A stretch of 47,069 bases of DNA from an uncultured Bacillales bacterium (lineage in GTDB: Bacteria > Bacillota_I > Bacilli_A > RFN20 > CAG-826), in NCBI GenBank assembly GCA_946647665.1, contig CAMPCW010000003.1:1-47069 (forward strand), read 5' to 3'. How positions within the stretch are numbered: position 1 is the first letter of the stretch; every line of letters starts with the position of its first letter. The notes beneath the pieces are model-generated. The model worked only from the letters and a program-made list of their open reading frames with translations, made no database searches and had not been told where the DNA came from. The position numbers were made by a program, and so were the translations under genes. Positions 39,749-47,069 of this stretch are shown here, piece by piece.

Positions 39749-40579
39749 ATGAGTTTACAACCTTTCGTTAAATGGGCTGGCGGGAAACGTCAAATAATGG
39801 ATAAACTTCTAAAGTTTAAGCCAAAGAAATATAAGCACTATTTTGAACCATTCGTTGGCGGTGGTGCTTTGCTTATGGAATTAGAACCTATCCACGCAAC
39901 AATTAATGACTCTAATAAAGAACTAATGTATGTCTACAAATGTCTCAGAAATAAAAGGCTATTCAAAAAGTTTTATGAGATTTGTAAGATTCATGAAGAA
40001 AATCATTCCGAAGAGTATTATTACAAAATTAGAGATTTAGACAGAAAAAAGAGCGTCTATGTAAAAATGACAATGCCTGAAAAGGCAGCACGCTGCGTTT
40101 ATCTGAATAAAGCCTGTTTTAATGGCTTATATAGAGTCAGTGGTAAGGGCTACTTCAATGTTCCTTCAGCTAAACGTGAAAAAGTTAAATGTTTCGATGA
40201 AGACAACATTCAAGCACTACATAAATATTTTCATAAAAGAAAACCTATTATTTTAAATAAAGATTTTGCCGATGCTGTTGTGACAGCAAAAGCAGGAGAT
40301 TTTGTCTATTTTGATCCTCCATACGATGTCGTTGGTGAACAATCCTTTACTTCCTATACCGCTAGCGGTTTTGGAAGAGATGAGCAAACAAGACTAAGAG
40401 ATTTAATTAAGACATTAACCGACAAAGGCGTTCTTGTCATGGCGAGTAATGCTAATACACCGTTTATCAAAGATTTATATAAAGATTTCAATATTCATGT
40501 CATCAATGCTAAAAGAATGATTAATTCCAAAGGTGATGGCCGTGGTGATGTTGAAGAAGTGATAATTACTAACTATTAA
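39749..40579 (+). CDS. dpnM: DpnM-type GATC N6-adenine methyltransferase (Dam family)
   Basis: FVKWAGGKRQ, EPFVGGGA, YLNKACFNGLYRV, YFDPPY, EVIITNY. Confidence 0.9.
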   Translation: MSLQPFVKWAGGKRQIMDKLLKFKPKKYKHYFEPFVGGGALLMELEPIHATINDSNKELMYVYKCLRNKRLFKKFYEICKIHEENHSEEYYYKIRDLDRKKSVYVKMTMPEKAARCVYLNKACFNGLYRVSGKGYFNVPSAKREKVKCFDEDNIQALHKYFHKRKPIILNKDFADAVVTAKAGDFVYFDPPYDVVGEQSFTSYTASGFGRDEQTRLRDLIKTLTDKGVLVMASNANTPFIKDLYKDFNIHVINAKRMINSKGDGRGDVEEVIITNY

Positions 40580-40580
40580 T

Positions 40581-41399
40581 ATGTTTACAAAGAAAGATAT
40601 CTTTTTTCAAGATGGTGATTTTACGCTCCTAAAAGGAGATTCTTTCAAACTTCTAAAAAAGATAGAGCCAAAATCGATCGATATGATTTTTGCCGATCCA
40701 CCATATTTTCTTTCCAGTGGTGGTGTTACGTGTCAAAGCGGAAAGCAAGTATCTGTCGATAAAGGAGAATGGGATTATTCAAAAACCATAGAGGATAGAA
40801 TCAAGTATCATCGTAAATGGATTGCTTTATGCAGAGGTGTGCTTAAGGACAACGGGACGATAATGATTTCATCAACATTGCACAGTGTTTATGCCATTGG
40901 TGTAGCTCTAGAACTTGATGGATATTCCATTATTAACAACATTATTTGGAAGAAGACTAATCCTGCTCCAAACTTGTCATGCAGATGTTTTACTCACTCA
41001 ACCGAAACAATTATTTGGGCTAGAAAGCAACTCACATTAAAGAAAAAAGGAAAACATTATTTCAATTATGAGACCATGAAAGAAGAGAATGGTGGAAAGC
41101 AAATGAAAGATGTTTGGGAATTTGATGCCGAACCAGAAATAGTTGAAATTGGTACCGCTTCTAAAAGTGAGAAGAAATTCGGTAAGCACCCAACTCAAAA
41201 GCCAACAAAACTGCTTGAGAGACTAATAACAGCCGCTTCTAAAGAAGGGGATTTAATTCTAGACCCATTTAACGGAAGCGGAACAACAGGAATTGTCGCT
41301 CATAATATGAAACGACAATATATTGGTATAGAATTAGATATAGATTATTTGGAACTTACCAAGAAAAGATACTTAGGAGGCGAATCTAATGGCAAATAG
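40581..41399 (+). CDS. dpnA: DpnA-type beta-class adenine methyltransferase
   Basis: DMIFADPPYFLS, PNLSCRCFTHSTET, HPTQKP, LDPFNGSGTT. Confidence 0.9.
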   Translation: MFTKKDIFFQDGDFTLLKGDSFKLLKKIEPKSIDMIFADPPYFLSSGGVTCQSGKQVSVDKGEWDYSKTIEDRIKYHRKWIALCRGVLKDNGTIMISSTLHSVYAIGVALELDGYSIINNIIWKKTNPAPNLSCRCFTHSTETIIWARKQLTLKKKGKHYFNYETMKEENGGKQMKDVWEFDAEPEIVEIGTASKSEKKFGKHPTQKPTKLLERLITAASKEGDLILDPFNGSGTTGIVAHNMKRQYIGIELDIDYLELTKKRYLGGESNGK

Positions 41400-42285
41400 A
41401 GATTTCAATCTTTGGCTATCTACAATGAAAGATAGCGTTGCAACCTGGACATATTACACGGACTTCAACAAAGTTTATGAAAACGTGCAGAAAATTAAGG
41501 TAGAACTCAACATTTTAAATTCCCTCATTGGTTCCAAGAATATCGAAGAAGAGTTTAAGAACATCTTGAAGGAATATCCGAAAGTTTTGGTCGTTGTTCC
41601 AATTCTGTTAGCTAAGCGTGAGGCAGAAATCAAAGTTCAAGATGCTGATGGAAGCTATGTTTTTAATTTTGTTAAAATGAATTACACAATCGACCAGTAT
41701 GCTCTATTCATGAGAAATAGTGGACTTTTTGATTTACTACAAAACCACCTCATCAACAACCTGGTTGATTATGTTTTAGGCGTTGAAGTCGGCATGGATA
41801 CAAACGGCCGCAAAAATAGGACCGGCCATGTAATGGAAGATTTGGTCGAATCATATCTCATCAAAGCCGGATTAGTTAAAGGAAAAACATATTTCAAAGA
41901 GATGTATGCTTCTGAAGTTGAGAAAAAATTTCATCTCGATTTATCTAAATTGAGTAATGATGGCAAGGCAGAAAAAAGATTTGATTTTGTGTTCACCAAT
42001 AATTTCGGAACAGTCTTTGCTTGCGAATGCAATTTCTATGGAAGCCAAGGCTCTAAACTGAACGAAACAGCAAGAAGTTATAAAACATTAACTTTAGAAT
42101 CGAAAGAAATTACAGACTTCCAATTTGTTTGGTTTACAGACGGCATAGGTTGGAATTCTGCAAAACACAACTTGGAAGAGACATTTGATGTTTTAGATTG
42201 TTTATATAATCTTCAAGATTTAGAAGAAGGCGCAATTAATGAACTTGTTGAGCCTGAAAAATATTTAAAGAAACTACTTAAATAA
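41389..42285 (+). CDS. dpnB: DpnII-family type II restriction endonuclease
   Basis: GVEVGMDTNGRKNRTG, KRFDF, ECNFYGSQGSKLNETARSY, FVWFTDG.GW; dpnM-dpnA-dpnB order. Confidence 0.9.
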   Translation: MANRDFNLWLSTMKDSVATWTYYTDFNKVYENVQKIKVELNILNSLIGSKNIEEEFKNILKEYPKVLVVVPILLAKREAEIKVQDADGSYVFNFVKMNYTIDQYALFMRNSGLFDLLQNHLINNLVDYVLGVEVGMDTNGRKNRTGHVMEDLVESYLIKAGLVKGKTYFKEMYASEVEKKFHLDLSKLSNDGKAEKRFDFVFTNNFGTVFACECNFYGSQGSKLNETARSYKTLTLESKEITDFQFVWFTDGIGWNSAKHNLEETFDVLDCLYNLQDLEEGAINELVEPEKYLKKLLK

Positions 42286-42295
42286 GGAGATAATT

Positions 42296-44380
42296 ATGAA
42301 CGCTAATTCTGAAAGAATTCTTACCTACATGTTTGAAAACAGAAGGCAGTATAGCATTCCTGTTTATCAAAGAAACTATGATTGGAAAAGAGACAACTGT
42401 GTCACTTTATTTGATGACATCAAGAATCTAATTAACACTGAGAAAAAACACTTTCTTGGTACTATTGTTCAGGTTTCTCTCGAAGAAAAGAATGGCATTA
42501 AGCGCTATTTAATTATCGATGGTCAACAAAGATTTACCACTTTGTTTTTGCTCATTAAGGCTTTAAGAGATTCAACCGTCAAAGAAAGCGAACAAGAATT
42601 ATGTGATGAAAAGCTCTTTAATATCGATAAGTTTAAAGACTGGTCACAAGACGAACAAAGCCGTTTGAAACTAAAACCAATTAAGACAGATAATGAACAA
42701 CTCCTCCTTTTAATGGCGGGTAACATTGAGGCAATGGACAAGAGTTCAAATATTTATTTGAATTATGACTACTTCCTAAAGCTTATTAAGGAATTATTGG
42801 CGACTGGAATTACTGTTCGTGACTTCATGAATGGTATGGATAGATTAGAATGCGTCATGATTACCTTGTTTGAAGAGAAGGGCGATGAACCTCAAGTAGT
42901 TTTTGAAAGAATTAACTCAACTGGCCTAGATTTGACATTATCCGACTTGATTAGAAACTACATCTTGATGACAGATGAAGATGCTGAGCACCTTTACAAC
43001 GAATATTGGATCAAGATTGAAAACAAGCTAGGAAGAGATACTGGAACCTTATCCGAATACTTTATCGACTATTTCAATTACTTATTACCAGAGCAAGTTT
43101 ATGCTAAAAACGCTTATGACTTGTTTAAGAAATATGCTTTGCGAAGCAATTTAAGCCATGAAAGCATTCTCAAAGGCATATACGATTCAGTTGAAGCATA
43201 TGCTGCTTTCATTGGAAAAGATAATAAATATAGCGAAAAAATTAATGAGAAACTCTCATATTTCAGATCATTAAAACAATCAACCATTTATACATTCTTG
43301 TTAAATGTGTTTTCTGATTTCGACAATGGTGTGATTTCCGAAGATGTCCTTTGTGAATTATTGGATTTCTTCATCTCATATACTGTGAGACGTTACATAA
43401 CTGGAGTCCCATCGAATTCATATAGAAGCTTCTACAAGTCTCTTTATAAAAGAGTCTTTGATGATGAGTCACTTAGAACTGAAGAGAACTATTTAAAAAC
43501 TATTTATTCATTTATGTTACAACTCAATACCAAAGATGCAGTGCCTTCTAATCTACAATTTGAAAGCTGCCTCAAGACAGAAAAGATTTATGAAAAAGAC
43601 GCGAGAATCTGTAAGTTCTTGCTTTGCTGTATTGAAAACTATGGTTCATCCGAAAAAGTTGAAGCAAATAGTTTAGTAACTATTGAACATATTATGCCTC
43701 AATCCGTACAAGACAATTGGAAGGATGAAATTGGCGAAGACTATGATTTCGTCCATGAAAAGTATTTACATACTTTAGGCAACTTAACTTTAACTGGTTA
43801 TAACTCGGAATTAGGCACCAAGTCATTCAACGAAAAAGTTGAAATGATGAAAGACAAGAATTCCAAGATGGTTACTCTTAATAAGGATGTTTATACTGCA
43901 ACCAAGTGGACAAAGAAATCTATTGAAGATAGAGCTGAGCGACTCGCTTCAATATTACTCAAAGCTTTCCCTCTTCCACAGTTAGCAGAACAAATCAAGT
44001 TTGAAAACATCAAGGATAACGCGCTTACCTACAACGATGTTGATAAGGTCAGAGGAACTAAGCCAACTTCATTCATCTGCTTAGGTGAAAGAGTGTTAGT
44101 TGATTCCTGGTCTGATATGTTAACAAAGCTATTCAATGTTTTATATGAGCTTGATTCAGCAAGATTAGAAGAATGCGCTAAAGAGAAATTTAAACTTGAA
44201 CATGCGGACAAAGTTTACATCACCTATGATGTCAATGACTTGAGAAAGCCATACGAGATCAAGAATAGTGGCATCCTCATCGAAACAAATTTGAGTTCAA
44301 CAAACATTTTGTCTTTTATTAGAGAGACGTTTGATAAGTATAACCTTTCTGATGATGACTTCATCTTCTATATCGAATAA
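42296..44380 (+). CDS. GmrSD-like DUF262-DUF1524 nuclease with extra C-terminal domain
   Basis: IPVYQRNYDW, IIDGQQR, FERINSTG (DUF262); TIEHIMPQ, LGNLTL..N (HNH DUF1524); AAGGAG RBS right after dpnB. Confidence 0.88.
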   Translation: MNANSERILTYMFENRRQYSIPVYQRNYDWKRDNCVTLFDDIKNLINTEKKHFLGTIVQVSLEEKNGIKRYLIIDGQQRFTTLFLLIKALRDSTVKESEQELCDEKLFNIDKFKDWSQDEQSRLKLKPIKTDNEQLLLLMAGNIEAMDKSSNIYLNYDYFLKLIKELLATGITVRDFMNGMDRLECVMITLFEEKGDEPQVVFERINSTGLDLTLSDLIRNYILMTDEDAEHLYNEYWIKIENKLGRDTGTLSEYFIDYFNYLLPEQVYAKNAYDLFKKYALRSNLSHESILKGIYDSVEAYAAFIGKDNKYSEKINEKLSYFRSLKQSTIYTFLLNVFSDFDNGVISEDVLCELLDFFISYTVRRYITGVPSNSYRSFYKSLYKRVFDDESLRTEENYLKTIYSFMLQLNTKDAVPSNLQFESCLKTEKIYEKDARICKFLLCCIENYGSSEKVEANSLVTIEHIMPQSVQDNWKDEIGEDYDFVHEKYLHTLGNLTLTGYNSELGTKSFNEKVEMMKDKNSKMVTLNKDVYTATKWTKKSIEDRAERLASILLKAFPLPQLAEQIKFENIKDNALTYNDVDKVRGTKPTSFICLGERVLVDSWSDMLTKLFNVLYELDSARLEECAKEKFKLEHADKVYITYDVNDLRKPYEIKNSGILIETNLSSTNILSFIRETFDKYNLSDDDFIFYIE

Positions 44381-44405
44381 CTAATAATCCTATTATTAAG
44401 AACAG

Positions 44406-44437
44406 GGCCTCTAGTCAATTTGAGAGGCTTTTTCTTT
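44406..44437 (+). terminator. Terminator of the R-M operon
   Basis: GGCCTCT/AGAGGCT stem plus TTTTCTTT. Confidence 0.65.
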
Positions 44438-44445
44438 AAAAAAAC

Positions 44446-44500
44446 GGGGTGGACATTTTACTCCAAAAGGTGGACAAAATCCAAATAGGGGTGGAAATTG
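44446..44500 (+). repeat. Three GGTGGA(C/A)A direct repeats at 21-bp period
   Basis: GGTGGAC at 44448 and 44469, GGTGGAA at 44490. Confidence 0.7.
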
Positions 44501-44576
44501 TATTATTACGCAGCATCCTAGCCATCTTAGCATTGAATCCTTGATACAAGTGTATTAAGGATTTTTTTAAAAAAAC

Positions 44577-44608
44577 TGTGACACTTTTGTGACGCATGTA
44601 GGTATAGT
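44577..44608 (+). promoter_or_regulatory. TGTGAC-ACTTT-TGTGAC box plus TATAGT -10
   Basis: Box 44577-44593, -10 at 44603-44608. Confidence 0.6.
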
Positions 44609-44637
44609 ATATAAAAGATTTTTACTGGAGGTGTTTT

Positions 44638-46020
44638 ATGCTTAAGAAAAATGTAATCTTCATATTAACTAACACAATGGCTATTGGAGTTTTTGCTTCG
44701 GTTGCCTTATTATCAAACAACTTGGGTAGTTCTTCATTTTTGAATGCTGAGAGCGAACCATACACATTAACAATTAACGCATCGAATAGATCTAATTTTG
44801 TTCAAGATGGTGATGTTTATAGAGGAACATTCAAAACAGGTCTTGGTAACGATGTCACATTTGTCACCAATTCAGTTAATTTTATTGGAGAAGATGTTTT
44901 TTATTGGCAAAGAAATAGCGGGTATTTAAAAAATGAAACTGCTATGACTGGTTTATACCAAATCGATATAAGCGCTTATGTCTATGGAGGTCCAAATCCA
45001 AGCGCTGCAACTCTTAGAACTGAAACAAGGATTGATCCAAAACAAGCGAGTTCGGTTTATAGCGTAGACAAGATGATTGGTGCAAAATCAGTTCAAACAT
45101 ATTCAATAAATATTCCTAACAACCAAAATCATGGAAATTATATTTCTATGAAATTAAACGAAAACATCCAATATGCATCTCGCTTAGAAGTCACATCAGT
45201 CAAATTTTATTTTAGTTGTTCGAACGTTAAAAACCTCGTAAAAGTGTCTTCCACAAATGAAAGCTATGGAACAGTTTCAATCGAAGGTTATGGTAGCAAC
45301 GAACAAATTGTGGCTAATGGAACTCAAATCACAATTCATGCAAATCCACTCACCAATTATCAAACTGAGTTTTTTGCATCTTTCAAAGGTTGGCATTTAA
45401 ACGGCAGTGAAGAAGTCGTAAGCAGAGATTTCGACATAACGTTCACCACAGAATTAAATAAATCATATGTTTATGTGGCAGAATTTGAAGAAGCTGAAAC
45501 AGAATTATTTGACCAAGGTGTAGACACTTCAGGCGATAAATTAACTACTTATGTAAAAAACAAGAATAACAAGTATTATCCACTCAACAGCGTGAAAGAT
45601 GATAATACGTCTTTTCCAACAGCCCTAACTGACAAAGTTAACGAATTATTTATTGCACAACATTTCAGTAGGGAGAATTACTTGACCCATCTTGAATTAA
45701 ATATTGATCGCAAAGGCCGTGGCAATTGGGAACCATTTGATCCAGACAAAATTCAAGCAGTTATCTTCTATATGAATATGGACCAGCCTACACAATACGA
45801 CCCAGTTGGAATTGATCAATTTGTAACAACAAACGGAACGCTTACAACATACAGCGGTTTAAAAGATAAAACAGATGGAAATAAGGCTATGAGTAAGGTT
45901 GTTTGGACAAACTTCACATCTAATAAAGCTGAATTTTATGTTCCTAATAAGTACCGAGATCCAGATAACATCATAAAACACAATATTTGGATCAAGAGAA
46001 TGCTGGTTATTGAAAGATAA
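44638..46020 (+). CDS. Secreted/surface protein with divergent InlB-B-like repeat
   Basis: GGAGGT RBS; signal-peptide-like N-terminus ending FLNA; KVSSTNESYGTV..GTQITIHANP..FKGW..YVAEFE module. Confidence 0.75.
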   Translation: MLKKNVIFILTNTMAIGVFASVALLSNNLGSSSFLNAESEPYTLTINASNRSNFVQDGDVYRGTFKTGLGNDVTFVTNSVNFIGEDVFYWQRNSGYLKNETAMTGLYQIDISAYVYGGPNPSAATLRTETRIDPKQASSVYSVDKMIGAKSVQTYSINIPNNQNHGNYISMKLNENIQYASRLEVTSVKFYFSCSNVKNLVKVSSTNESYGTVSIEGYGSNEQIVANGTQITIHANPLTNYQTEFFASFKGWHLNGSEEVVSRDFDITFTTELNKSYVYVAEFEEAETELFDQGVDTSGDKLTTYVKNKNNKYYPLNSVKDDNTSFPTALTDKVNELFIAQHFSRENYLTHLELNIDRKGRGNWEPFDPDKIQAVIFYMNMDQPTQYDPVGIDQFVTTNGTLTTYSGLKDKTDGNKAMSKVVWTNFTSNKAEFYVPNKYRDPDNIIKHNIWIKRMLVIER

Positions 46021-46040
46021 CTAACTAGCAAAATTCTAAA

Positions 46041-46072
46041 AAGGCTAGAGGAAATCAAACCTCTAGCTTTTT
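46041..46072 (+). terminator. Intrinsic terminator
   Basis: GGCTAGAGG/CCTCTAGCT stem plus TTTT. Confidence 0.7.
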
Positions 46073-46402
46073 ATTATGATATTGCTACTAAAAAGAAGTT
46101 TTAGACTTCTTTATTTGCTAACTCCATGAGGTTTTTGACACGATTAAAAAAGTTTGATTATATCTATATTTTGTGGAGGTGCTACTAACATTCAAAAAGT
46201 GTTCATTGTATCAAACTCGGTGCACTTATAGAACCTACATTTAATGCACGGCAATACCGTGTTTTCTTTATTTTATTAGATATAGTTTGATATTCTAAAA
46301 TATCAAATAATTCTAAAAAATCTACAATTATAAACTAATAATTTCATTATATAAAAATAGGGCTTTATTATGAATATAAAACTATAATAGAATTTGAATC
46401 TA

Positions 46403-46436
46403 TGTGGCACTTTTGTGACAGAATCAATGATATAGT
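46403..46436 (+). promoter_or_regulatory. TGTGGC-ACTTT-TGTGAC box plus extended -10 TGaTATAGT
   Basis: Box 46403-46419, -10 at 46431-46436. Confidence 0.6.
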
Positions 46437-46461
46437 AAAAATAACAAGAAGGACTTAGATT

Positions 46462-46755
46462 ATGAAACAAGATTTATTAAAAGATTTAACAGAAGAACAA
46501 ATTGCAAAAATTAAAGCCTGTAATAACAGTGAAAAATTATTAGCGTTAGCAAAAGAAGAAGGCGTGGAATTAACCGATGAGCAATTAAGCGCGATATCCG
46601 GGGGATGCTTATTCAGTTCAACTAAAAATGATTGTCCTCAATGTGGCGCTGGATATGATGACATTATGTTCTGGAGTGAACGTTTTGCAGATGGGCATGA
46701 AACCGTTCATTACGAATGCAAAAAATGTCAATGTCAATGGACCAAGAATAGATAA
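46462..46755 (+). CDS. Nif11-like/double-glycine leader peptide fused to a Cys4 zinc-ribbon core
   Basis: LLALAKEEGVELTDEQLSAISGG leader; core CPQCG...CKKC..W; AAGGA RBS. Confidence 0.8.
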   Translation: MKQDLLKDLTEEQIAKIKACNNSEKLLALAKEEGVELTDEQLSAISGGCLFSSTKNDCPQCGAGYDDIMFWSERFADGHETVHYECKKCQCQWTKNR

Positions 46756-46866
46756 TTTAGTTTGTTTTAACATTTTAAAAGTGTTCCTTGTATTATTCTC
46801 GTAGTACTTAGACAACCGTAAACCCCGCCGGAAACGAACCAAATTTTCGGCTTTATTTATATCAAA

Positions 46867-47067
46867 TTAAAAATGGCCACCTCTGTATAATGAGGTGGTT
46901 TTCAAACCATTTTTCTTCATTATTTTAGAAACTGTTTCTGGACGTGTAATTATTCCTTTATTTTCTAGTACAATATCAATCCTATTTTGTCCGTACAATC
47001 CATTAGATTCATCAGTATGCCTAAAAGATATCCATCTTGACAGGATGTGTGAATTTTCAAACAGGTG
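46867..47067 (-). pseudogene. IS3-family transposase fragment (HTH_21-like), runs off window end
   Basis: Minus-strand translation ...ESNGLYGQNRIDIVLENKGIITRPETVSKIMKKNGL... matches the IS3 OrfB YGxxRI..L...G.......V..IM...GL pattern, then stops before any DDE domain. Confidence 0.55.
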
Positions 47068-47069
47068 TG

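Larger units (their letters stand above)
39469..44568. mobile_element. tRNA-Thr-anchored defence island without integrase
   Basis: Flanked by imperfect direct repeats CCATC-N9/10-AATCCTTGATACAA..GTATTRAGGATTTTTT (39469-39516, 44522-44568); all cargo is restriction-related. Confidence 0.65.

Noticed and set aside
46205-46230. TATCAAACTCGGTGC resembling a tracrRNA 3' end
   Set aside because: Too short, with no anti-repeat, CRISPR array or cas9 in the window.
46618-46842. 74-aa minus-strand ORF overlapping the leader-peptide gene
   Set aside because: No motifs or clear RBS, and the plus-strand gene is much better supported.

Overview
AT-rich chromosomal window from a Bacillota genome, probably an uncultured gut or rumen Bacilli lineage (inferred from its lipoprotein families and gene content). 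It uses the standard genetic code. About 39 kb is mostly housekeeping: a nucleoside ABC importer, a metal-homeostasis cluster (HMA, ZIP, DtxR, FeoAAB) with three matching palindromic operators, cls, acyltransferases, ABC exporters, msrC, Sir2, tcdA, rimO, a GH3 glucosidase and tRNA-Asp/Phe/Thr. Three accessory parts stand out. (1) At 22672-24240, a DUF1016/YhcG PD-(D/E)XK nuclease gene has a roughly 410-nt structured leader. It is followed by three tandem 27-bp palindromes at exact 23-bp period, and a fourth copy lies inside the gene. (2) An integrase-less defence island at tRNA-Thr (39469-44568) carries a DpnII-type GATC restriction-modification operon plus a GmrSD-type nuclease with an apparent SeqA-like C-terminal domain. 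(3) A Nif11/double-glycine leader peptide is fused to a TFIIS-like zinc ribbon, and its promoter shares a TGTGAC-ACTTT-TGTGAC box with two other exported-protein genes. All family assignments come from motif recognition by eye; no searches were run.
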